This document shows positions 47,746 to 57,221 of a stretch of 62,586 bases of DNA, one piece after another. Below the pieces are notes generated by a model. That model did not search any database. It saw nothing but the letters and a program-made list of their open reading frames with translations, and had not been told where the DNA came from. Source of the DNA: Patescibacteria group bacterium AH-259-L05. Lineage in GTDB: Bacteria > Patescibacteriota > Patescibacteriia > UBA2591 > UBA6264. The stretch spans positions 1 to 62,586 of the forward strand of contig JALLOO010000004.1 of the NCBI GenBank assembly GCA_027717985.1. Reading direction: 5' to 3'. Both the position numbers and the translations under genes were made by a program. How positions within the stretch are numbered: position 1 is the first letter of the stretch; each line of letters opens with the position of its first letter.

Positions 47746-49343
47746 CCTTTCTTTATTAAACTTACCCCGGTCATCTCAACTGCCTTTTCAATGCCCATTA
47801 TATCTAAAATCGTCGGCGCAACATCTGAGAGCGCGCGGCCTTTTCGCAATTTCAATCGCTTATGTTTGTTAATAAAGACAAAGGGCACAGGATTGGTAGT
47901 ATGGCTTGTTTCTATTTCATTAGTCTTTACATTAATCATTTGCTCAGCCCCACCATGATCAGCAGTAATCATACACACATATTTTTTCTTTTGCGCTACT
48001 CGTATCAAGCGCGCCACTATTGTATCAAGAAATTCTATACCTTTAATCGTGGCTTCTAAACTGCCCGTATGGGCAACCATATCAGCATTACAAAAGTTAA
48101 CACAAGCAAAATCAGGAGGGTCTTTTTTTATTTTTCCCAAAAGCGTACTGCAAATTTTTTCAGATCGCATCTCATACCGATAATCATAATGTGCTACTCT
48201 AGATGAACGAATTGCAATACGCTCTTCTCCAACAACTGGATGATCATACCCGCCATTGAAAAAAAACGTTACATGGGCATATTTTTCTGTTTCTGTAATG
48301 TAATATTGATCTAAACCGCCTAAAACCACGGGCAAGCTATTTTTAACTTCGCGTGAGGGATATGCCGTTCGCACATCATCAAGATCAGGGCCAAAATCAG
48401 TTAACGCAACAAAAAAAGTCTGGGGGAATTTTTTTCGCTTAAACGAATATGGATTTTTTTTATTAAAATCATGCTGAACAAATGCTTTGGCAAGCTCACG
48501 CGCACGATCTGAACGCAAATTCATAAATATGACCACATCATTATTATCAACCGTTGCGACGGGCTTATTATCTTTACCAACAACCACCGTAGGCGCTATA
48601 AACTCATCAGTTTCTTTCCGATTATATCCCATAACAATTGCTTCATGCACGCTTCCTGCCTTATGCCCTGCTCCTAATGTGAGAAGATCATATGTTTTTT
48701 CAATTCGCTCCCATGTTTTAGTCCGATCCATAGCATAAAACCGTCCACAGATACTGGCAATTTTTACCGCAATGTGATGGTTTAACCGTTTCTGGTTATT
48801 ACCCATCTGATCTTGAAACCGCTGTAAAATCTTAATTGCTCCATGCTGGGATGAATCTCTTCCATCCGTAAAAAGATGAAGATACACGGTATCAATATTT
48901 TGCTGATCTAAAAATTGAATCATAGCGCGCCAATGTTCTGGCGAAGAATGTGCACTGTTTTCCTCGGTAACTAATCCTATTAAATGGACTTTGGGATAGG
49001 TATGATTTTTTTTATCCAAATGACGTATTGCCTCATAAAAAATTGGATTTTTAAAAAACGTGCCGTCTTTAATACTGTCTGAAATATAGACCGCATCATC
49101 TTTTACCACTCTGCCGGCTCCTAAATTAAGATGTCCTGCTTCAGAATTGCCTACTTGATTTTTGGGTAAACCAACACATTCTCCATGAGCGCACAACTGA
49201 GTGTATGGATACTTTTTAACCAAAGAGTCAAAAAAAGGAGTTTTTGCTGATGTGATTGCATTCCCCTTATTTGGCAGTGCAATGCCCCAGCCGTCGAGTA
49301 TTACTAATAAGACTTTAGTTTTGATATTTGGTTTATCGGACAT
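47742..49343 (-). CDS. gpmI: 2,3-bisphosphoglycerate-independent phosphoglycerate mutase, copy 2
   Basis: ILDGWG, GNSEAGH, DGRD, ETEKYAHVTFF, DMVAH, ADHGGAE. Confidence 0.95.
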   Translation of the reverse strand: MSDKPNIKTKVLLVILDGWGIALPNKGNAITSAKTPFFDSLVKKYPYTQLCAHGECVGLPKNQVGNSEAGHLNLGAGRVVKDDAVYISDSIKDGTFFKNPIFYEAIRHLDKKNHTYPKVHLIGLVTEENSAHSSPEHWRAMIQFLDQQNIDTVYLHLFTDGRDSSQHGAIKILQRFQDQMGNNQKRLNHHIAVKIASICGRFYAMDRTKTWERIEKTYDLLTLGAGHKAGSVHEAIVMGYNRKETDEFIAPTVVVGKDNKPVATVDNNDVVIFMNLRSDRARELAKAFVQHDFNKKNPYSFKRKKFPQTFFVALTDFGPDLDDVRTAYPSREVKNSLPVVLGGLDQYYITETEKYAHVTFFFNGGYDHPVVGEERIAIRSSRVAHYDYRYEMRSEKICSTLLGKIKKDPPDFACVNFCNADMVAHTGSLEATIKGIEFLDTIVARLIRVAQKKKYVCMITADHGGAEQMINVKTNEIETSHTTNPVPFVFINKHKRLKLRKGRALSDVAPTILDIMGIEKAVEMTGVSLIKKG

Positions 49344-49375
49344 TTCATTAAAAATTAGGAATTGGGAATTAGAAA

Positions 49376-50635
49376 TTATTTTAATTCGTTCTCAATTTCC
49401 ATTAACCGGTTATATTTGGCAACGCGTTCTCCTCGATTGGGCGCCCCTGCTTTTATATAATCAGCGTCAACTGCAACAGCAAGATCGGCAATAAATGTAT
49501 CATTGGTCTCGCCTGAACGATGCGAAATAACTACTTGGTAGTTATTGTCTTGGGCCATATCAATACATTTCATGGTCTCGGTAAGCGTACCAATTTGATT
49601 TACCTTTACCAAAATTGCATTTGCCGCATGTGATGTAATGCCCTTTTCAAGCCTTTCAACATTGGTGGCTAACAGATCATCACCGACTACTAAAAACTTC
49701 TCATTCAATGTTGTTATTTTCTTTGTTAAGTTTGTCCACGCCTCCCAATCATCTTCTGCAAACGGATCTTCAATCAATGCTAAAGGATAACGCTTAAACC
49801 AGTGATAATACAGTTTTGCCATATCAGCACTGGAACTTCTTTTCCTTCCAAACATATAATACTTTTTTGTTTCATCATAAAACACTGATGCAGCTATGTC
49901 TAAACCAAAAAATATTTCATCTCCTAAGCTATGTTTTGAAAACTCTGAAATACTAACCAATAAATCAAATACTTTTTTTGTATTTTTTAATTTTGGCGCA
50001 AATCCACCTTCATCGCCAACCGCAAAGGTCAACCCTCTTTTTTCCAATACCTCGCGCAATGCAGAAAAGACTTCTACGCCTGTTTGTACTTTTTGACCAA
50101 AACTATCGCCTTTCATAGGGATAATCATAAATTCTTGAATATCAAGACCTGAATCAGAATGCTTACCGCCATTGATCACATTAAACAAAGGCGTAGGCAA
50201 ACGATATGACGTAGAGGGAATATCATACGCCTGGCGAATGTACTTATATAAAGGTAGGCCTTGAGATCGCGCTGCTGCCCGTGCTAATGCTAATGATACT
50301 GCTAAAATCGCATTGGCGCCTAATCGCGACTTATTATTCGTGCCATCTAAAGCAATCATTATGTTATCAACATCTTGCGGATTTGCTTCTTTGCCAAGGA
50401 TGGCGGGCGCAATAATTTCAGTAATATTTTTTATGGCGCCTAACACGCCTTTACCATAGAACCGATTCGGGTCTTTATCACGCAACTCTAACGCTTCATA
50501 CTTGCCCGTTGAAGCGCCAGAGGGAACGGCGGCCTTCGCGCTTATCCCGTTATCTAACATTACGTTTGCCTCCACGGTTGGATTACCACGCGAGTCTAAA
50601 ATTTCTCGTGCAAAAACTTGTTTTATTTTCGCCAT
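49376..50635 (-). CDS. eno: Enolase
   Basis: ILDSRGNPTVE, PSGASTG, GDEGG, VKVNQIG, SHRSGET. Confidence 0.99.
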   Translation of the reverse strand: MAKIKQVFAREILDSRGNPTVEANVMLDNGISAKAAVPSGASTGKYEALELRDKDPNRFYGKGVLGAIKNITEIIAPAILGKEANPQDVDNIMIALDGTNNKSRLGANAILAVSLALARAAARSQGLPLYKYIRQAYDIPSTSYRLPTPLFNVINGGKHSDSGLDIQEFMIIPMKGDSFGQKVQTGVEVFSALREVLEKRGLTFAVGDEGGFAPKLKNTKKVFDLLVSISEFSKHSLGDEIFFGLDIAASVFYDETKKYYMFGRKRSSSADMAKLYYHWFKRYPLALIEDPFAEDDWEAWTNLTKKITTLNEKFLVVGDDLLATNVERLEKGITSHAANAILVKVNQIGTLTETMKCIDMAQDNNYQVVISHRSGETNDTFIADLAVAVDADYIKAGAPNRGERVAKYNRLMEIENELK

Positions 50636-50678
50636 ATGTTTTAAAATTAAATTGATTAGTCAAAATTTCCGTTCCCCT

Positions 50679-50793
50679 TTGTCATTCCGCGCTTTCTTTC
50701 TTTGTCATTCCTACAACTTTCTTTTTTTGTCATTCCGCGATTCACGCGGAAAGACAAGAGGGCCCGGAAAGACAAGAGGGTGCGGAATGACAG
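50679..50793. repeat. Nested REP-like element, same family as 41353
   Basis: Three TTGTCATTCC left arms followed by three GGAA(A/T)GACA right arms. Confidence 0.85.
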
Positions 50794-50845
50794 GAGAATG
50801 ATAGGATACAAATCTGTATACTATCATTGTATAAAATTTTATCTT

Positions 50846-51541
50846 TTATGCCAAGTTGCTTAAATACAGACGAAACAAAAACAAAACATCCTTTTTAAGA
50901 TGCTTTTTTGCCCATATCTTCTGCTTTGCATCAAGCAATTCGCCCATACCAGCTAAAATATCGCGATCATCAAACTTCTTTAATACATCAATACACTCCT
51001 TTAAAAAGGATTTGAATGGCTTATTGACGCGGCCTTGCACCAGCTCTTTATTAATTGGCCAATTCTTTTCAAGAAAAAACCAGATATCATAAATATCACG
51101 ATTGCTTCTGCCAAGTCTTTCATACATAGCAACCAACTTATTTGCGGACATATATTCTTTTTTCATCACCAGAATTGAGACTCCAAGGTGTGTTTTTAAT
51201 TCATATTGAGAGCCAAATGGTCTGCGATTAATTTCAATTTTAATATTTTGAGCCTTTTCTTCATACGAAAGCAGAAAAAATAGATTAAATCTTTTTTTTC
51301 TAGCATCTTTGATTTGCCCATACTTCTTAACAATTTGCTTCACTCTTAGAAAAACATATTCTTCTTTTGTTTCATCCAGTAAATCAAAGTCAAGATCAAT
51401 AGAAAAACGAGGCAAACCGTAAAATATATAAGCTGCTGTTCCACCCTTGAATCCTAAAAATGGCGATATAGTGGTATCATAATAAATATCTTTAAGGATT
51501 TTAAATAATATATTTTTATGTTTTGGTATGTTTAGCGCCAT
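50846..51541 (-). CDS. AbiEii-family nucleotidyltransferase toxin, module 2
   Basis: FKGGTA, RFSIDLDF, NRDIYD. Confidence 0.9.
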   Translation of the reverse strand: MALNIPKHKNILFKILKDIYYDTTISPFLGFKGGTAAYIFYGLPRFSIDLDFDLLDETKEEYVFLRVKQIVKKYGQIKDARKKRFNLFFLLSYEEKAQNIKIEINRRPFGSQYELKTHLGVSILVMKKEYMSANKLVAMYERLGRSNRDIYDIWFFLEKNWPINKELVQGRVNKPFKSFLKECIDVLKKFDDRDILAGMGELLDAKQKIWAKKHLKKDVLFLFRLYLSNLA

Positions 51542-51545
51542 AAAA

Positions 51546-52130
51546 TTATTGATTAGATGTGAAATCTTGATAAATTTCTTTTACATCTTTAGCCATTCTT
51601 TTATTGTTGTATATGGGCAATATCTCAAAAACCTTATCCCAATTAAGAGGAGCTGCGTTATCAAAATAATACTGTTTATATAAATATAATGTATCTAAAA
51701 ACGCTCTTTCCTTAGAAGCCATTAAATACTCTCCTTCATTCTCTAATCCTGATTTATCTGTTAAAACAATGTCCTTTATTTTCCTAAAAGAATAAACCTG
51801 TCCATCGCAAGTTATTTCTCTGGTTAAATAAGAAGCAACGAAAATCTGACTGTAGTATTGGAACGTTATGCCTGCCTGCCCCAAAACAGTTTCAAAACTA
51901 ATATATGACGGGGTAAATATTCTTGTCGCTAATTCAAATCTATCATAATTTTTGTCCTTAGCGTAAAGACCTTTGCGAATACGATATAAATCTTTGTTTT
52001 TAGTATAATAATTAACCCTGACCATAGCAGTTTTTATGCCGGCATCTCTCCATAACAAAACAATATCTTTAAAAGAAAAGACTGTTTTTTTTGAGCGTAA
52101 AATTGTTGAAAGATAATCACCTTTCTTCAT
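51546..52130 (-). CDS. AbiEi-family antitoxin, module 2
   Basis: IRKGLY, PSYISFE, ASKERAFLDTLY. Confidence 0.85.
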   Translation of the reverse strand: MKKGDYLSTILRSKKTVFSFKDIVLLWRDAGIKTAMVRVNYYTKNKDLYRIRKGLYAKDKNYDRFELATRIFTPSYISFETVLGQAGITFQYYSQIFVASYLTREITCDGQVYSFRKIKDIVLTDKSGLENEGEYLMASKERAFLDTLYLYKQYYFDNAAPLNWDKVFEILPIYNNKRMAKDVKEIYQDFTSNQ

Positions 52131-52250
52131 ATTTAGGACTGAACATTAGTTTAAACCTTATGTTTAGTTTACAAAACAAAAAATGGGTTGTCAACCCCTA
52201 TCTGTGGATAACTCCATACTGTTGACATCGGGTGTCAACCACGTTTATTA

Positions 52251-53723
52251 CTAATCTGTTTTCTTTACTAATGCATCGGTTAAAAGTTTGCTTTGATATT
52301 GATAGGCATGGCTTGCGGGCAGACGAACTTTTTTCATCAATACTACTTCCTGGGTAATTAACCGCAGCAGATGAAGGGTAAATAAATCTTTTTTCTTATA
52401 TAGTTTTTTATATAACGGGTGGTCAGCATTAATATAGACCATATTGCCAACGGATTCAACCTCTGGTCCATCTTCACCTAAATGCGCAATACCGCAGCTA
52501 ACCCCAAACTTTTTAATACGAATTCGTTTTACCACAGAAGGTCGGGGCATAACTTTTTTTTCCTCCTTCGCTCCTGACGGAGCTTCGGAGGATGCGTCTT
52601 TCTCTTCCTCTATTTTTTCTTGTTTTTTTTCTGGAGGGACTGCACTGCCAACTAAAGTACTGCCGGTTTGTTTTTTAAGTCTGGTAATGGCTCTGCCCGA
52701 AGGAAAAAGATCTGGATTTGCTACCAAGGCCTGACGAACCTTATCTAATGCCTCGCGCAATTGCCGGGACATCTTGGCTAAATTCTTAGCATCCTGTTCT
52801 TTCTTTATCTCTTTTAAAATTGTTCCCAATTGCGCGCGCATTACAGAATAAAACAGCTTATACTTGGGATCGTCATGGATAAAATCATTGCGTGAAGTTG
52901 TAATGGGCAAAAAATCTGCATTCACATTGCCCGTAATACGCCGGACAAGGGTTCGATATTTCTCATCTAACCCAAATAGCTCTTGTTTTATAAACACCTG
53001 TTTTACCCGACACCCAATGCCTGGCCGAGAAACTAACCCCGGCCGCGCAGCTACAATAATCTCGCCCTCAATTCCCCCATACATTGTCTTTATATTCACC
53101 CCAATACTTCGTCCAGGAATGTATTTAGTGACAATGCGCTTACCGTTCAAAAAGACTCCAAACCTTTTCGCATGCAATGGCGTGGCAATTTTTAAATATT
53201 TTTCAACTTCAGCAGGGCTAAATTTCTTTTTTAGTTTTTTCAGTATTACTTTGGTGCCACGGCGCTCAAGTGACGCGGCTCGGACACGAATAATAGGCAG
53301 CTCCCAACTCGCATCTCTTTTCCATAATTCTCTATCAAAAATAACTCTATACAACCACACGCCTTTGTGGCTCTCGACTATAAATTGATCAGCCGCTGCC
53401 AATGCGGCAAATTTGCCAATTCCAAACTGACCAATTCGTTTTCTGCCAAATCGAGGCGAAACACTGCGAATCTTTTTTTCTTCTGATCCAACCGTAAAAA
53501 ATTGCCCTAACTGCCTTGCATCCATACCCGTACCATTATCCTCAACTGTAATTTTATTTGGTGTGACGGTTACATATACGTGTGTCGCATCAGCATCGTA
53601 CGCGTTATTCACTAATTCTCTAATCAGCTCAATACTTTCCACATACATTCTCTCACCCAAGGTTAACAAATGCGACTTATCAACCGTCACCGTAATAGTT
53701 TTAGGTTGTTTCGTACGTGTCAT
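52251..53723 (-). CDS. GHKL (Hsp90/MutL/MORC-like) ATPase
   Basis: RELVNNAYDA, DNGTGM, GQFGIGK, GTKV; downstream S5-like region with ADFLPITTSR. Confidence 0.85.
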   Translation of the reverse strand: MTRTKQPKTITVTVDKSHLLTLGERMYVESIELIRELVNNAYDADATHVYVTVTPNKITVEDNGTGMDARQLGQFFTVGSEEKKIRSVSPRFGRKRIGQFGIGKFAALAAADQFIVESHKGVWLYRVIFDRELWKRDASWELPIIRVRAASLERRGTKVILKKLKKKFSPAEVEKYLKIATPLHAKRFGVFLNGKRIVTKYIPGRSIGVNIKTMYGGIEGEIIVAARPGLVSRPGIGCRVKQVFIKQELFGLDEKYRTLVRRITGNVNADFLPITTSRNDFIHDDPKYKLFYSVMRAQLGTILKEIKKEQDAKNLAKMSRQLREALDKVRQALVANPDLFPSGRAITRLKKQTGSTLVGSAVPPEKKQEKIEEEKDASSEAPSGAKEEKKVMPRPSVVKRIRIKKFGVSCGIAHLGEDGPEVESVGNMVYINADHPLYKKLYKKKDLFTLHLLRLITQEVVLMKKVRLPASHAYQYQSKLLTDALVKKTD

Positions 53724-53898
53724 AATTTATGCTGTCATATACTTTTTTTAAAATAGACAGCCGTAATCGGCTGCTCTTTTCTTTTTCAAATTCTTTTAAA
53801 ATAATTGATTCTTTATTTTTCCATCGATTATCCCAACCCCTTTTATGCGGCTTACATAAAGCACAACTATACCTTTTATTTTTTAACCTCTTTCTCAT
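53701..53898 (-). CDS. Small basic protein with CALCKPHK motif
   Basis: ATG 6 nt after TATAAT; CxxC motif. Confidence 0.5.
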   Translation of the reverse strand: MRKRLKNKRYSCALCKPHKRGWDNRWKNKESIILKEFEKEKSSRLRLSILKKVYDSINYDTYETT

Positions 53899-54213
53899 AA
53901 TGGCATTATACTATATTTTATAAAAATTGCAATGCTATTTGTATTACATTTGTATACGATTGTATAAAATTTGTATACAAACTTTTATTTTATCAAATGG
54001 ATAACTTATTAAATATGTCCTATAATTTAGCTATAACTAAATTATAATACATATTAGACCTTAAAAGCAATTCTTCCCCCATAAATAAAAAGATATATGT
54101 CTCTTACTATCCGCCTCTTATTATGGTACTATATTTATACCCCTCTCTCATTACCATAATATAAAATATATGATCTCTCTTAAATTAAAAGTAACAAAAA
54201 ATAATAAACTATT

Positions 54214-54774
54214 ATGATCTCTTCATCTTCAAAAAGGACATATCTCATTATTGATTTGGAGGCAACGTGTTGGGAAAATCCTCAAAATAGAAAAAATATG
54301 GAAATAATTGAAATAGGAGCTGTTCTTGTTAATAATAATTACCAAATCATTGAAGAATATCAAACGTTTATAAAACCACTAAAAAATCCTGTCCTGTCTA
54401 AATTCTGTAAAGACTTAACTAATATTTGTCAAAAAGATATTGACAATGCCAGAATGTTTCCCATTGCTTTTAAAAAATTTATCCAATGGGCGGAAAAAAC
54501 AGCAAAGCAAAATATCGTCAATATCATTTTCTGTTCTTGGGGATATTATGACAAAAAACAAATACTACAAGATTGCGAACTGCACAATATTGAATATCCA
54601 TTTTCAACCCACTATAGTTTAAAACACAAATTCGCTGAAATAAAAAAAAGAAAACCGGTAGGAATGAAAAAAGCGCTCCGGCTATGCAACATTGATTTAA
54701 CAGGCGCTCACCATAGAGGCATTGACGATGCTAAAAATATCACAAAAATATTTATTAAAGAAAAAATTTTATAG
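54214..54774 (+). CDS. DEDDh 3'-5' exonuclease (KapD/ERI1-like)
   Basis: IDLEATCW, EIIEIGA, WGYYD, HHRGIDDA. Confidence 0.92.
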   Translation: MISSSSKRTYLIIDLEATCWENPQNRKNMEIIEIGAVLVNNNYQIIEEYQTFIKPLKNPVLSKFCKDLTNICQKDIDNARMFPIAFKKFIQWAEKTAKQNIVNIIFCSWGYYDKKQILQDCELHNIEYPFSTHYSLKHKFAEIKKRKPVGMKKALRLCNIDLTGAHHRGIDDAKNITKIFIKEKIL

Positions 54775-54805
54775 AGCCCTTAATTATTTTATCTTTCCGC
54801 GCCAA

Positions 54806-56005
54806 CTATTGTATCAAGGGCTTAATGCCGGGCAAGGATTTGCCAGATAAAAACGCCAACATGGCACCACCGCCGGTAGAAATGAAGACTCTACCTTCAT
54901 TTCTAACTCTAGACTGTAAACTATAAACTTTAAACTTACGTAGAGCTGATATTGTTTCTCCACCGCCAATAATAATTTTGGCTGTTTTATTTTTCAAAAT
55001 TTCCTGTGCTATTGCTTTTGTGCCTTTTCCAAATTTTTTATTTTCAAAATAGCCCATAGGCCCATTCCATACTATCATTTTTGCTTTGCTAATATATGGT
55101 GAAAATAACTTAATAGTTTCGGATCCGATATCCAATATTTCGGATTGTGTCGGGGATCGGGGCTCCGATTTTGTTTTGAAGTCAACAGGCAGTACAATTT
55201 TTTTATTTTGTAATAATTTTTTAGCTGTTTTAATCATTTTTGGTTCATAAACTGATTTCCCTATATTCACTCCTTGTGCTTTTAAAAAATTATTGGACAG
55301 GGCGCCGCCAACTAAAATATGGTCTGCAAATTTGCTTAAATTTTCTATAGCACCTATTTTAGTTGAAATCTTTACTCCGCCCATTATAACCACAAATGGA
55401 TGCTGTGGTTTTTGTAATACCTGTGACAGATTGTCAACTTCTTTTTCTAGTAAATATCCAGCATAGCTGGGTAAATACTTTGTAATCGCTGAAACTGACG
55501 CATGTTTGCGGTGTGAAACTGAAAACGCGTCATTAATATATATATCAGCCAAATCAGCTAACTGCTTTGCAAACTTTGGATCATTTTCTTCTTCTTGTGC
55601 ATAAAACCGTAGATTTTCTAGCAGCGCCACCTCGCCTGCTTTCATACTATCAACGGCCTGCTTAACTTTCTTACCAAGACAATCATTTATAAACCTCACT
55701 TTTATTTTTGGAAACCGAGTCTCCAAATTTCTATATATTAGCTTTAAGCTGTACTTTTCTACTCTTTCTCCTCTTGGTCTACCAAGATGACTGATTAAAA
55801 TCACTTTTGCGCCTCGTTCCACTAAATACTCAATCGTCGGCAGTGCAAACCGAATACGGCAATCGTCAACTACTTTTAAACAGGTCCGACCTCTTATTTT
55901 TAAAATACGAGGTCGGACATCCTCAAGCGGACAATTAAAATCAACCCGGACTAATACTCTTCTATTTCTGAAATCTTTAATTTGTCGCAATGTTTTCAAC
56001 TTCAT
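54806..56005 (-). CDS. pgk: Phosphoglycerate kinase carrying in-frame repeat-derived inserts
   Basis: RVDFN, SHLGRP, LENLRF, DAFSVSHR, WNGPMG, STGGGA. Confidence 0.97.
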   Translation of the reverse strand: MKLKTLRQIKDFRNRRVLVRVDFNCPLEDVRPRILKIRGRTCLKVVDDCRIRFALPTIEYLVERGAKVILISHLGRPRGERVEKYSLKLIYRNLETRFPKIKVRFINDCLGKKVKQAVDSMKAGEVALLENLRFYAQEEENDPKFAKQLADLADIYINDAFSVSHRKHASVSAITKYLPSYAGYLLEKEVDNLSQVLQKPQHPFVVIMGGVKISTKIGAIENLSKFADHILVGGALSNNFLKAQGVNIGKSVYEPKMIKTAKKLLQNKKIVLPVDFKTKSEPRSPTQSEILDIGSETIKLFSPYISKAKMIVWNGPMGYFENKKFGKGTKAIAQEILKNKTAKIIIGGGETISALRKFKVYSLQSRVRNEGRVFISTGGGAMLAFLSGKSLPGIKPLIQ

Positions 56006-56048
56006 GTTTTACTGTTTTAATTCTATTTGGACTCCCGTCCAAAGGAAA

Positions 56049-56109
56049 TCGGGATGACAAGTGGTGAGGTGCGGGGTGACCAGGAGAGTAAAGAAGTCGG
56101 GATGACAAA
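56049..56109. repeat. Degenerate REP-like right arms (CGGGATGACAA)
   Basis: Three CGGG(A/G)TGAC units related to the 41353 and 50679 family. Confidence 0.6.
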
Positions 56110-56117
56110 GGGAGAAT

Positions 56118-56225
56118 CTATGGGCAGTTGCCTGATTTTTTAAATCCAGCTGCGATCGCTTCTTGTTCCGTACAAAAATATTGCTCTCCTTTTTGTATCA
56201 ATTTTTTAATTTTATTTTCGCTCAT
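56118..56225 (-). pseudogene. 35-aa chimeric mini-ORF: AlbA-protein N-terminus fused to thermonuclease C-terminus
   Basis: MSENKIKKLIQKGE resembles the start of 57738-59111; KGEQYFCTEQEAIAAGFKKSGNCP equals the end of 59389-60408. Confidence 0.85.
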
Positions 56226-56341
56226 TTTATTACTGTCAGAGATTAGTCCTTTAACTGCTTATTACTCCATTAGTATATCGAAAATAAACAAAAAAGACAG
56301 GTTAGGGCCTGATCTCCTCACGTCTTCCTTGTTATTCCTCT

Positions 56342-56656
56342 TTAGGACATGCGCCTCCGGCACATAAAAAACTCTTTTTGTATTCTTGCTTTTGTTGTAC
56401 TGACACGATTGATAAACATTTGTAAAAAGGGTTTTATATTTTTGAGCTGAACCTTAACTCCTTTTTTCTTAAATTTGTTTAATCCATTTAAAAATTCATC
56501 AATAAAGCTCCGCGAAAAAAAATCTACACCAGAAAAATCAATAACAATATGCCTTGCGCCGTCTTGTTTAATTTTTCTGTTAATGCGCTGAAACAATTTT
56601 TGCGCATCAGATCGAAAGATGAGTTGTTTTTTTGTAAAATGAATTGAACTTGTCAT
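56342..56656 (-). CDS. STAS-like (DUF4325) protein
   Basis: FRSDA, IDFSGVDFFSRSFIDE. Confidence 0.8.
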   Translation of the reverse strand: MTSSIHFTKKQLIFRSDAQKLFQRINRKIKQDGARHIVIDFSGVDFFSRSFIDEFLNGLNKFKKKGVKVQLKNIKPFLQMFINRVSTTKARIQKEFFMCRRRMS

Positions 56657-56657
56657 A

Positions 56658-57221
56658 TTATGTAATGATTTTATAAAAATTAATATTTTTCACAGGTACT
56701 TCAACGTCAACTTTTACTCCTGTTATCCTTTTATTCAGATTTTGAAACGTAATCTTATTTTTTTGTATCATCGCCCTTGCTAAACCTGTCTTCATAATCA
56801 TCTTCCCTTCTAATTCTTGTGCTAATTTTCTTATAGAATGCAGGCCAAAACCTCTTCCTTCAAAATCCTTAGTAGAAAGTCCACTTAATGCAAATTCTAT
56901 AGCAGAAAAATCATCTTTGGCATAAATTTGCTTTAAAAGATATGATTTCCTCAGCCCTATGCCATTGTCAGCAATATTGATTAAGCATAATTGTTTGCTG
57001 ATTTTTAAAAATACCGTTGCTTTTTTTGCCTGTGAATGCTCATTAATATTTGCAAAAAGTTCTGAGATTACATAAAGAACAAAGGTTAAAAACCCTTTGG
57101 GCAGATTCATTTGTTTTATTTGATCAGATATTATATTCAGCTCATGCTCTAATTTTGCAACCGGTATTATGTTTTTCTGTTTATAAAAGGTCATATTTTT
57201 TATTGCTTTAATTTTTGACAT
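56658..57221 (-). CDS. RsbW-like HATPase (anti-sigma-type kinase) paired with the STAS protein; start uncertain
   Basis: SELFANINEHS, DNGIG, GRGFGL. Confidence 0.8.
   Translation of the reverse strand: MSKIKAIKNMTFYKQKNIIPVAKLEHELNIISDQIKQMNLPKGFLTFVLYVISELFANINEHSQAKKATVFLKISKQLCLINIADNGIGLRKSYLLKQIYAKDDFSAIEFALSGLSTKDFEGRGFGLHSIRKLAQELEGKMIMKTGLARAMIQKNKITFQNLNKRITGVKVDVEVPVKNINFYKIIT

Noticed and set aside
53930-54213. Replication origin
   Set aside because: AT-rich with phased repeats, but only one imperfect DnaA box and no dnaA/dnaN nearby
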